DNA from: Nitrosopumilus sp.
GTDB lineage: Archaea > Thermoproteota > Nitrososphaeria > Nitrososphaerales > Nitrosopumilaceae
Direction of reading: 5' to 3'
Length of the DNA: 64,000 bases
Assembly: GCA_965223425.1 (NCBI GenBank)
Contig: OZ245003.1
Coordinates: 960,001 to 1,024,000 of the forward strand
A program made the translations under genes and the position numbers. Shown one piece after another: positions 1 to 8,971 of this stretch (its first letter is position 1; every line of letters starts with the position of its first letter). The notes beneath the pieces were generated by a model. The model worked only from the letters and a program-made list of their open reading frames with translations, did not search any database and was not told the origin of the DNA.

Positions 1-86
1 ATTAATCAAAGCATCAAAAAACCGACAAGGAAATCTTAATTTCCCATATTTCATTTAAATGAGGGTGCATAATTTTTCCATTCATA

Positions 87-1166
87 TTGGCCGCTTCTAA
101 AACTAAGAAACCTACAGCCAAACAAACCGTAAAAAAAGTTGCTAAAAAAACTCGAGCAAAAAAAGTTGCTAAAAAAACTGTCAAGAAACAGCGAACAAAA
201 ACAATCTGTATTTCTCACAAGGAAGATGCAGATGGAATCAGCTCTGCAGCACTAATCAGACAAGCATTTGGCGGTGATGCAATACTAGTTGATTATCCCG
301 GTCAAATGGAAGCGCTGCAACAAGTGGTTTTAGATGAAAAACTAAAAACTTTATTCATTTGTGATCTGGGTTTGAGCAAAAAGACACAAGATGAGTTTAT
401 TGACATCATGGCTACTTTGCGAAAAAACAAGGTCTCAGTTACTTACATTGATCATCACGACATTGATCCTAATGTTGTAAAATCTCTCAAAAAACTCAAA
501 GTCAAAGTAGTTCATGACATCAACGAATGCACTGCCGTACAAGTCTATTCTGCATTCAAATCAAAACTAAACGATCATGCTTCATTTGTTGCAGCATGTG
601 CTGCAATTACTGACTATATGGAAAACAGGCCAATTGGAGCAAAACTACTTCAGATTTATGACAGACAATTTGCATTGATTAATGCAACAGTGCTCACTTA
701 CAACATTGTAGGCCGTCAAAAAGAACCCGACTATTTGTTGTATTTGGTAGAAGAGCTCGCAGATTCTAAATTCCCGCATGAAATTCCACATGCTTTTGAA
801 TTTGCTCAAATCCAAGTCGATAAACTGGCGCAGATGATTGCCAAAGTAAAGAAAGGAATGAAGACCATGAAGAATCTCGGATACATGGAAATCCTAGATG
901 CAGGTGCCAGTGGCGCAGTTAATTTTGTTATGGGCTTGTCAGGAAAAAATGTCGGTGTTGCATACAAAGAGCGAGTTGATCATGGCATTTATGCTGTCTC
1001 AGTTAGAGGTTCAAAAGACTGCAAAGTCCATTTGGGCAAGATTGTAAATATATTGGCAACTGATCTTGGTGGCTCTGGCGGTGGACACGATAAGGCATGT
1101 GGCGCAGTAGTCCCAAAACCAAAAATAAAAAAATTCATTACAGAATTAAATAAAAAAATAAAATAA
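87..1166 (+). CDS. DHH/DHHA1 family phosphoesterase (RecJ-like) with Lys-rich N-terminal tail
   Basis: Motifs HKEDADG, ICDLG, YIDHH and C-terminal GGSGGGHDKACG. Confidence 0.9.
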   Translation: MAASKTKKPTAKQTVKKVAKKTRAKKVAKKTVKKQRTKTICISHKEDADGISSAALIRQAFGGDAILVDYPGQMEALQQVVLDEKLKTLFICDLGLSKKTQDEFIDIMATLRKNKVSVTYIDHHDIDPNVVKSLKKLKVKVVHDINECTAVQVYSAFKSKLNDHASFVAACAAITDYMENRPIGAKLLQIYDRQFALINATVLTYNIVGRQKEPDYLLYLVEELADSKFPHEIPHAFEFAQIQVDKLAQMIAKVKKGMKTMKNLGYMEILDAGASGAVNFVMGLSGKNVGVAYKERVDHGIYAVSVRGSKDCKVHLGKIVNILATDLGGSGGGHDKACGAVVPKPKIKKFITELNKKIK

Positions 1167-1340
1167 TCGCGCAAAAATCTAGGAATCTTTTTTACGACAT
1201 GTGAAGTTGACACTCTTCTGGTTCTGCAACAACAACTGCAAGAACTGCAGCTGTGTATTCCAATGCTGACTAACCTTTATCCAAATCCAAGTAAAGTTGG
1301 AACAATTTTTTAATATTTTAAATACTAAAACTATTCAAAA

Positions 1341-2453
1341 TTGAATCTAAAGGTTATTGCATCTGTTCTTGTAATTGGTGTGGCACTTGCGATATTAGCT
1401 GTTTCTTTTCAAGACGAGTCTGCCAAGACAGTTATTGCTAGTTCTACTACGACAACTGATTCCCAGCCCTCCGAACTAATCATAATGAAGACAGATGGCG
1501 TAAAACATAGTATCCCACTTGATAAGATCAAAGGAGGCGGCCCACCAAAAGATGGAATTCCATCAATTGACAATCCTGTGTTTGCCAATATAGAAAATTC
1601 CCAATTCATGTCTGATTCTGATACTGTAATTGGATTGGAAATTAATGGTGAATCAAAAGCTTATCCTCTCTTTATCTTGGTTTGGCATGAAATAGTTAAT
1701 GACAAAGTAGGTGAGACTCCCGTCTCTGTTACCTACTGTCCATTGTGTTATACTAGTCAAGTCTTTGAGAGAATCATTAATGGACAAGAAGTAGAATTTG
1801 GAACTTCGGGGAAATTATACAACAGTAATTTGTTGATGTATGACAGATTTACCGAGTCTTATTGGAGTCAAGCGCTTGGAATGGCAGTAAAAGGTGAGTT
1901 AACTGGCCATCAATTAGATTTAGTCCCATTTGATGTGATTACTTGGGGTGATTGGAAGGCACTTCATCCTGATACATTGGTATTGACAACTGATACAGGT
2001 CATATTCGTTCGTATGCCACTGATCCTTATGGGGACTATTACGCAGAACCACGAATAATGTTTCCAGTAGAGCACAGCGACGATAGAATGCACCCTAAAG
2101 AAATTATTCTTGGGTTTAAACAAGATGAAATCTACAAAGCTTACAAACAAAATGATGTTGAATCAAATGTGATAATCAATGATTCTATTGGGTCTGTTCC
2201 TATGCTGCTGGTATCGCTGTATCCAGAAAACTCTCGTGCATTTGAGAGAACCATTAATGATCAAGTATTGGATTTTGTATATGCTGATGGAAAAATTGTT
2301 GATACACAAACTAATTCTGAATGGAACTATGATGGGCTGGCAATATCTGGTGAATTTGGAGGAAAGCAGTTAGAAAGACTGCCTATTGAGCCTGGATTTT
2401 GGTTTGAATGGATTGCGTTTCATCCAGAGACTCTAGTTTATGGCGGTGTTTAG
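1341..2453 (+). CDS. DUF3179 family secreted/membrane-anchored protein
   Basis: N-terminal hydrophobic helix; GGPPKDGIPSID, WHEIVND, TYCPLC, FGTSGKLYNSNLLMYDR, FWFEWIAFHPET. Confidence 0.85.
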   Translation: MNLKVIASVLVIGVALAILAVSFQDESAKTVIASSTTTTDSQPSELIIMKTDGVKHSIPLDKIKGGGPPKDGIPSIDNPVFANIENSQFMSDSDTVIGLEINGESKAYPLFILVWHEIVNDKVGETPVSVTYCPLCYTSQVFERIINGQEVEFGTSGKLYNSNLLMYDRFTESYWSQALGMAVKGELTGHQLDLVPFDVITWGDWKALHPDTLVLTTDTGHIRSYATDPYGDYYAEPRIMFPVEHSDDRMHPKEIILGFKQDEIYKAYKQNDVESNVIINDSIGSVPMLLVSLYPENSRAFERTINDQVLDFVYADGKIVDTQTNSEWNYDGLAISGEFGGKQLERLPIEPGFWFEWIAFHPETLVYGGV

Positions 2454-2933
2454 TTGAAATCCACTCAAAAAGCAACGCTGGTTGGGGTAATTACCATGGC
2501 TGTGTATCTTTTGGTAGTTGTAATAACAACTCCTGCATTAGAGCCACTTGTTGCAGTAAGTGCAGCATTTCAACTAAACTCTATAGTGATTGTTGGAATG
2601 GGAATCGGAATCGGCTTGCAAGTTTTCTTGTCTGAGAAAAGCAAGTCGTTAGGATGCAAACTTTCTGTAAAGAAAAAAGCCTTTGGAGGAAATTCTGGGA
2701 GTACAGCTGCCACATCTTTCCTTTCATTTTTCTCTCTAGTTCCGTTAGGGTGTTGTGGTTGGTGGCTTTATGCACTGTCTTTGCTTCCAAGTGTTGTTGG
2801 AACAGGAGTGTCTGCTGTATTGATAGAGCATAGCCAGGTTTTGGCCTATGTGGGATTGGTAACCATCTTTGGATTTGCAGTATTAACTGCATACAAACTA
2901 AGACAAGAACAAAAATTACAAAAAATTGCCTAG
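2454..2933 (+). CDS. Multi-pass membrane protein with Cys pair (GCCG)
   Basis: About 4 hydrophobic segments; abuts the DUF3179 gene. Confidence 0.7.
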   Translation: MKSTQKATLVGVITMAVYLLVVVITTPALEPLVAVSAAFQLNSIVIVGMGIGIGLQVFLSEKSKSLGCKLSVKKKAFGGNSGSTAATSFLSFFSLVPLGCCGWWLYALSLLPSVVGTGVSAVLIEHSQVLAYVGLVTIFGFAVLTAYKLRQEQKLQKIA

Positions 2934-3298
2934 TCTATTTTGATTGAAAATGCAAAGAGTTCTCCCTTGCTTTTACTCATGAATTTTGCAATTTTAGCTA
3001 TGAATCCATACTTTTTGTCTCTCTCCTTTACTGCCGTTTTGGTTTGAGATTCATCTAAACTTGTTGCAGTACCTGCTATCCATTCTCCTGTAACTTTTCC
3101 CTTTATGGTACATAATGCAAATTTTACTTGTAGGTTATTTCTAAGGCGTTTTGCTTTTCCTGTTTGATCTCTAGTTACAACATAGACCAGGCTATCTTTT
3201 ATGAAAAACCAGACTGGAGTTCTTACCGGATTCCCGTTTTTTCGATACGTTTCAAGTGAAATGTATTTTTCTGATTTAATCTCTTCTAAATTATACAT
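2930..3298 (-). CDS. PPOX class F420-dependent oxidoreductase
   Basis: YISLETYRKNGNPVRTPVWF...TGKAKRLRNN signature. Confidence 0.85.
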   Translation of the reverse strand: MYNLEEIKSEKYISLETYRKNGNPVRTPVWFFIKDSLVYVVTRDQTGKAKRLRNNLQVKFALCTIKGKVTGEWIAGTATSLDESQTKTAVKERDKKYGFIAKIAKFMSKSKGELFAFSIKID

Positions 3299-3446
3299 AT
3301 TGTATGATGTTTTCTAGATCATTTAGACTTTCTTTTTTGAAGGAATTTCTTGACTTGCTATGGCCTAAGCTGGAGGAGCGCAATAAACACGTCCTATTTG
3401 TGAAATTGAACAGCAACAAAGACGCTGACATCTTCCTTTTTCATGA

Positions 3447-3659
3447 TTACATTCTTGACAAATCATGTTTTTTATTTCTTGGTTTTGATCTTAATCTAGT
3501 TTTACAACATGGACATGAAATTTCTTCAGTAAGCAAAAACAATGCGCACAAAGAACACCACTTTTGACCTATTTTGTACCGCAGATTATTTGTAAATGAA
3601 GTTGATTTCAAACGCTCACACACCCCATTACACGTTTGAATCATGAGTAAAACACTCAA
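3447..3659 (-). CDS. Small Cys-rich zinc-binding protein
   Basis: CNGVC, CSLC, CPCCKTRLRSKPR; the true start may be a few codons downstream. Confidence 0.7.
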   Translation of the reverse strand: MSVLLMIQTCNGVCERLKSTSFTNNLRYKIGQKWCSLCALFLLTEEISCPCCKTRLRSKPRNKKHDLSRM

Positions 3660-3689
3660 AAAAAAATCTATTTAAGAAAATTTCCAAAT

Positions 3690-4145
3690 CTATTCTTTGA
3701 ATTCTACAATTGCATCAATTTCAGTCATAGAGTCTAATGGTAAGCTGGAAACTCCTACTGCAATTCTGGAGTGTTTTCCCTTGTCCCCGAATATTTCAAA
3801 AAACAAATCCGAAGCTGGATTGATAATTTTTGGCTGTGCTGCAAAACCTGGAACAGAATTCACAAATCCTGACAGTCTTACTATCTTTGATACCTTATCC
3901 AAACTTCCAAGCTCCCTTTTGATTTGGGCAAGTAAGTTAATTGCACACATTCTTGCAGATTTTTGAGCAGTCTCTAAATTCTCATCTGAAACTTTTCCGG
4001 TAAAGACTACTTTGCCGTCCTCCATTGGAATCTGTCCGGAGATGAATAGCAGGTTTCCTGTTCTTACTGCTGGAACATATGATCCTGCCGGTGTTGGGGG
4101 ATTTGGTAATTTTATCCCTAAAGACTCTAATTTTTCTTCAATCAA
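3690..4145 (-). CDS. RidA/YjgF family protein
   Basis: PAGSYVP, LFISGQIP, GKHSRIAVGVSSLP, EIDAI. Confidence 0.9.
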   Translation of the reverse strand: MIEEKLESLGIKLPNPPTPAGSYVPAVRTGNLLFISGQIPMEDGKVVFTGKVSDENLETAQKSARMCAINLLAQIKRELGSLDKVSKIVRLSGFVNSVPGFAAQPKIINPASDLFFEIFGDKGKHSRIAVGVSSLPLDSMTEIDAIVEFKE

Positions 4146-4172
4146 GAATATTTTGCATAATTTTGTCTGATT

Positions 4173-5333
4173 TTAGTTTTTACTTATCTTGATGTGGACT
4201 TTTTCGCCCTTGTTGGAACTGTTTTGAAAGACGGTTCTTGTCCTGTATCCTTGTTTTTGAAGGCATCCATCCAAAATAGAAACCCATGGCAGGGAATGTC
4301 CGCTATTTAGCTTTGATTCTATTGTGATGTTCTTGGTGTTTGCCTCAAAATTAACATGTCCTGAGCATGTTATCTGCATGATTACATCCATTATCTCTAT
4401 GACATCATCAAGTGATTTTGATTTTAGTGAAATCCCATTTTTCTCTAATAATTTGAACATGTCTGATTCGGGCTTTTTTGATATCATCATGGAGTTTAGC
4501 ATATACATTAAACCAGTATCATTGACTGTCTTGATAATTTTGTAGATTTCTTGGGCTTCTGTTTTTGTCATATCTGCAAGAGCTTTAGTCTTTGTTGCAG
4601 TTTTCCATATGTTGGAGAATATCTTTTCCTGATTTACTCCTAAGACATCCGTTGATGAAAATATTGCGCCTTTTCCATTTGTGTTGTTTACCATTAGTAA
4701 TTCTGTTTCATCAAAGACAAAGCAATTCTGAGTAATCTCTGATGCTCTAATATCCACTCCGTCGGGAATTGCTCTGTATGCTTCAGAGCAAATCTGTGTT
4801 GGTGAAACTAGAAGTTTGACTTCTAGGTTTCTGCGTAAGACAGCTATCAACTGTTCTTTGCACTCAGCTAGTAATCCCAAGCCCCATTGGTCTGCTATTA
4901 TCTTAATTGATGATTTTGAGCCTTCAACCATTGTTTGAAGTTGGGTTACAACATTGTTTGCACTAATGTGAAAGTATCTTTTTTCTTCTGAACCCCTTGA
5001 TTTTCTACTCTCCTCACTTGCTTTTTTCAAATTTGATACTAGCGTATTCATTGCGTTTACTTTGTTGATTTGCTCATGAATTATTCCATCAAATGCATCT
5101 TCAGGTGCAATTGCAGTGCACATTATTGGTTTACTTTTTGAGATAATTGCTAGTTTCTTGTTTTCAAGTTTTAGTAAAGTAGGATAAATTTTGGTTCTTG
5201 GAATTTCTGAATAGTATGCTAATTCTCCGGCTGAAATTGTCCCCCTGGCAACCAAGGCAACATATGCCTGAGCCTCGTATTTGCTTAATCCAAATTCTTC
5301 TAAGCTGACTGTTAATGCGTGTTCATTTATCAT
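4173..5333 (-). CDS. TrmB family transcriptional regulator
   Basis: N-terminal FGLSKYEAQAY...SEIPRTKIYPTL winged HTH. Confidence 0.9.
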   Translation of the reverse strand: MINEHALTVSLEEFGLSKYEAQAYVALVARGTISAGELAYYSEIPRTKIYPTLLKLENKKLAIISKSKPIMCTAIAPEDAFDGIIHEQINKVNAMNTLVSNLKKASEESRKSRGSEEKRYFHISANNVVTQLQTMVEGSKSSIKIIADQWGLGLLAECKEQLIAVLRRNLEVKLLVSPTQICSEAYRAIPDGVDIRASEITQNCFVFDETELLMVNNTNGKGAIFSSTDVLGVNQEKIFSNIWKTATKTKALADMTKTEAQEIYKIIKTVNDTGLMYMLNSMMISKKPESDMFKLLEKNGISLKSKSLDDVIEIMDVIMQITCSGHVNFEANTKNITIESKLNSGHSLPWVSILDGCLQKQGYRTRTVFQNSSNKGEKVHIKISKN

Positions 5334-5492
5334 GATTTTACTCGATTTGTTATTAGGTAAAATTGAGAGCTAAATTCCTTTACACAAGTACTCAAAAAAA
5401 TTCAAAATTGTATCTGCACGTGGGTGTAACTGTGGTTACTAAATTAATTGTTACAATGTCCTCAAATACAAAATTTTGATCAGTAAACTGGT

Positions 5493-6056
5493 ATGTTGGT
5501 TAAATGCGAAACTAACGCATTAGAAGATGAAAACATCTCCCATTCAGTTACGCTGGTTCCAAGATTGGGATATTCTTTGAATTTGTTAGATGAGATTACT
5601 GGAGTTCTCAAGAAAAAAAGAGATGTTATAAAAAAATCAAACAAAGACTTGATTGTAGATTTTGATGAATCAGACAAAACCCATCTTGCTGCAATCAAGC
5701 TAGAGCAAACAGTATCTGTTTCTTTTGAAGTTTTATCTCAAACAAAGAAGAAAATAACCCGAATATCTGGCATAAATAGCATTCCCGAAGTCCTTCCTTC
5801 GTTAATTCCAATGATTAGAACAGTTAGTGCACAACTCTATGATGTAATTCCTCACTGCAGTCAGAAACTATCTGAGCTATCTGTTCATTTAGGCAGTATA
5901 GTGCTGGATTCTGCTGCCCTAACAAAGGCCAGATTTGATTTTAGTCTCTCCAATGTGGAATCTGCAATCCTGCTTAATGAAGTAAAATTGATGGTAGACT
6001 CTAAAATAAGTAAGCAGTACCCTAATCTTGATTTTTTTAAAATATGCAACACATGA
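5493..6056 (+). CDS. Divergent ESCRT-III / CdvB paralog
   Basis: Helical protein with CdvB-like pattern (LEQ...LPSLIPMIRTVSAQL...ILLNEVK...KQYPNL), two genes upstream of cdvC. Confidence 0.65.
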   Translation: MLVKCETNALEDENISHSVTLVPRLGYSLNLLDEITGVLKKKRDVIKKSNKDLIVDFDESDKTHLAAIKLEQTVSVSFEVLSQTKKKITRISGINSIPEVLPSLIPMIRTVSAQLYDVIPHCSQKLSELSVHLGSIVLDSAALTKARFDFSLSNVESAILLNEVKLMVDSKISKQYPNLDFFKICNT

Positions 6057-6544
6057 CAATACTGAGTTCTAAACGGAGTTTCACAAAGGATATTGAACGT
6101 GTAAAAGCAATATCTTCAAAAATTGATAAAAAATTATCTGAGGTCAAATCATCTGATGCTAAAAAAATAGACAAGCTTACTCTAGACGAATTACAGGATT
6201 TGAATAAAATTGTTGGAATTGCTGATTTTATGCTATGCAAATACGCTGACAATAAAGAGATGCACTCAATTCTGAAACATTTTGCATCTATTATTTCTGA
6301 TACTGCAAAATCCCTTGATGATATAGATGATGAAATCTCTGAATTGATACTCTCAGCTGAAGATTCTATTAACAAAGTAAAAGATATTCATGCCCACGTT
6401 TCTGACAGATCTCAAATCAAAAAGAAGTTTCATCACGGGCCTGAGTATGATGAGCGTGAAACAAGTGGAATTAATTTAACCAATTTTGCGACAGAGATTA
6501 ACACACCTGAATACCAACAAAATTCTCAAGAACAGACTGCATAG
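6044..6544 (+). CDS. Hypothetical helical protein in cdv cluster
   Basis: 166-aa ORF between the CdvB paralog and cdvC, host-like composition. Confidence 0.7.
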   Translation: MQHMTILSSKRSFTKDIERVKAISSKIDKKLSEVKSSDAKKIDKLTLDELQDLNKIVGIADFMLCKYADNKEMHSILKHFASIISDTAKSLDDIDDEISELILSAEDSINKVKDIHAHVSDRSQIKKKFHHGPEYDERETSGINLTNFATEINTPEYQQNSQEQTA

Positions 6545-6553
6545 GTAATTAAG

Positions 6554-7747
6554 ATGAGTTTGGCCCCACAAGAATTAGAAAACACTGCTAGTAAATATGC
6601 CTCTGAGGCTATCAAATTTGATTCTCAGGGTGCACGTGGTATGGCAATTACCCATTACCAACAGGCTATAGATTCACTTGTAAAACTATTACAACTTTAT
6701 CCTAACAGTAAACTAAATCCAATTTACAAAGAAAGATGTAACTCTTATCATAACCGAATTCAGGCATTACAACAGGCTCATGGCGTAGACCCAGCAGTTG
6801 ATCCTAAAGCATCTCCAGAAGAGCAAAAGAAATCTGTTCAAAGACAAGAAGTAGAAAATGATTTTGAGGATCTTGTAATGAAAGAAAAGCCAGATGTTGT
6901 TTGGAACCAGGTAATCGGTTTAGAGGACGCTAAAAATGCATTGTGCGAATCAATTGTTTATCCTACAAAAAGGCCCGACTTGTTTCCGCTTGGATGGCCA
7001 AAAGGAATGCTACTCTATGGCCCGCCAGGTACTGGAAAGACAATGCTTGCAGCTGCTACTGCAAACGAGATGGATGGCTACTTTATCAATGTTGATGCAT
7101 CATCCATGATGAGCAAGTGGTTAGGCGAAGCAGAGAAAAATGTTTCAAAATTATTTGACATGGCAAGACATTATGCAGAAAAAGAAGGCAAGCCAGTTAT
7201 TCTGTTTGTAGATGAAGTTGATTCTTTGTTGGGTTCTAGAAACAGTGAAGTTGGTGGGGAAGTAAGAACCAAAAACCAATTCCTAACTGAAATGGATGGT
7301 ATTAATGACAAAGGAAAAGACTTGATGTTGTATGTTATCGGGGCAACAAACAAACCGTGGAGTCTTGATTGGCCATTTTTGAGAAGATTTCAAAAGAGAA
7401 TCTATGTCTCGCTTCCAACCCAAGAGGCCAGACAGAATCTGTTTGAGCAATACACTGCACCTCTAAGAAAAGATCTTAAAGTTAATCCTGCCGAATTAGC
7501 AAAACTCTTCGATGGATACAGCGCAAGTGACATCAAAGACGTGTGTCAGGCAGCACAAATTAAGACAGTCCATGAAATCTTCAAATCTCCAGACTACCAT
7601 GAGCCAGTTGAGGGTGAAGAGCCGGTGCAGCCAAGGGAACTAACCACGACTGATTTCAAAGAAATCATGGCAAGAAGAAAACCAAGTGTCTCATTAGAGA
7701 TGATTCGTGCCTATCACAAGTGGAGCGAAGAGTACAAAGCACTCTGA
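6554..7747 (+). CDS. cdvC: Vps4-like AAA+ ATPase CdvC (MIT + AAA)
   Basis: N-terminal MIT helices; GPPGTGKT, FVDEVD, ATNKPWSLD, RRFQKRIY. Confidence 0.92.
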   Translation: MSLAPQELENTASKYASEAIKFDSQGARGMAITHYQQAIDSLVKLLQLYPNSKLNPIYKERCNSYHNRIQALQQAHGVDPAVDPKASPEEQKKSVQRQEVENDFEDLVMKEKPDVVWNQVIGLEDAKNALCESIVYPTKRPDLFPLGWPKGMLLYGPPGTGKTMLAAATANEMDGYFINVDASSMMSKWLGEAEKNVSKLFDMARHYAEKEGKPVILFVDEVDSLLGSRNSEVGGEVRTKNQFLTEMDGINDKGKDLMLYVIGATNKPWSLDWPFLRRFQKRIYVSLPTQEARQNLFEQYTAPLRKDLKVNPAELAKLFDGYSASDIKDVCQAAQIKTVHEIFKSPDYHEPVEGEEPVQPRELTTTDFKEIMARRKPSVSLEMIRAYHKWSEEYKAL

Positions 7748-7827
7748 TCATCGGCGATCATATGTTCTCATTTCCAGATTGAACAAAAACTTAAATTCAG
7801 ATTGTTATCGACTTTACGAGGGTCACA

Positions 7828-8967
7828 ATAACCACAAAGAAATCAATCCACGCAAAAAAGTATGGAAAGCTGATCTTTGATGATGGGACTGTTCTTGATG
7901 GCCAGGGTTTTGGTTATTCTACAACTGTTTTTGGTGAAATTGTATTCAATACTGGAATGGTTGGATATACAGAAGCACTCACTGATCCGTCTTACAATGG
8001 CCAAATCCTTACGTTAACTTATCCACTAGTCGGAAATTATGGGGTTCCAGATCCTTCTGAAGTTGATGAGGATGGAATATCAAAATTCTTTGAATCCGAT
8101 AAGATGCAAATCCAAGGTTTAGTAGTCCATGAACTATCACTAACTGCTAGTCATTGGAATCTCTCAATGACTCTTGACGAGTGGATGCATAATGAAAAAG
8201 TCCCTGGACTTTCTGGAATTGATACTAGGGCAATTACTAAGAAACTTCGAAGTGGCGGTGTCATGATGGCTGCCCTTGTTGTATCAGATTCTGAGATTGA
8301 TGTTGAAGCAGTCAAAAAGGAATTGGCATCAGCTACTGACTACAATTCTGAACAATTCATGGATAAAATCTCTACAAAAGAAGAAAAAGTCTATGGAAAT
8401 GACAAAGAAGCAGTTGTAGTGATCGATACTGGTGCAAAAAATGCGATACTGCGAAATGTTCGTGAGCTTGGCTACAAGGCAATATTGCTTCCTTGGAATA
8501 CTACATATGAAAAAGTAATGTCTTACAAACCAAAAGGCGTAGTGCTTAGCAGCGGACCTGGAGACCCACAAAACTGTCCTGACACGATTGACACAGCTAA
8601 AAAATTAATCGAAAACAATATTCCAACACTTGGAATTTGTTTGGGTGCACAAATAATTGGCATTGCAGGAAATACTGAAACTTACAAACTAAAATATGGG
8701 CATCGAGGACAAAACAAACCTTGTGTTAATTTAGAAAATAGCCAAGTCTATGTTACAAGTCAGAATCATGGTTATGGAATTAAACCTGAATCTCTAGAGA
8801 AATCTGATTTTAATTTATGGTTTACAAATGCAGATGACAAAACAATTGAAGGAATAAAACACAAAAAACAGAGTTGTATTGCAGTACAGTTTCATCCCGA
8901 AGCTGCACCTGGCCCTTTTGATTGCAAGTTCGTCTTTGAAGAGCTAAAACACCTTATGGAGAAGTGA
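7828..8967 (+). CDS. carA: Carbamoyl-phosphate synthase small subunit (start probably non-canonical, upstream of ATG 7957)
   Basis: LTDPSY, SSGPGDP, GICLGAQ, QFHPE; conserved LIFDDGTVLDGQGFG...GEIVFNTG is in frame upstream of 7957; start at 7828 is inferred. Confidence 0.92.
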   Translation: MTTKKSIHAKKYGKLIFDDGTVLDGQGFGYSTTVFGEIVFNTGMVGYTEALTDPSYNGQILTLTYPLVGNYGVPDPSEVDEDGISKFFESDKMQIQGLVVHELSLTASHWNLSMTLDEWMHNEKVPGLSGIDTRAITKKLRSGGVMMAALVVSDSEIDVEAVKKELASATDYNSEQFMDKISTKEEKVYGNDKEAVVVIDTGAKNAILRNVRELGYKAILLPWNTTYEKVMSYKPKGVVLSSGPGDPQNCPDTIDTAKKLIENNIPTLGICLGAQIIGIAGNTETYKLKYGHRGQNKPCVNLENSQVYVTSQNHGYGIKPESLEKSDFNLWFTNADDKTIEGIKHKKQSCIAVQFHPEAAPGPFDCKFVFEELKHLMEK

Positions 8968-8971
8968 ATAA

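Noticed and set aside
131-180. Duplicated KKVAKKT-coding segment in the DHH gene
   Set aside because: Ordinary low-complexity Lys-rich tail; no evidence of a separate element.
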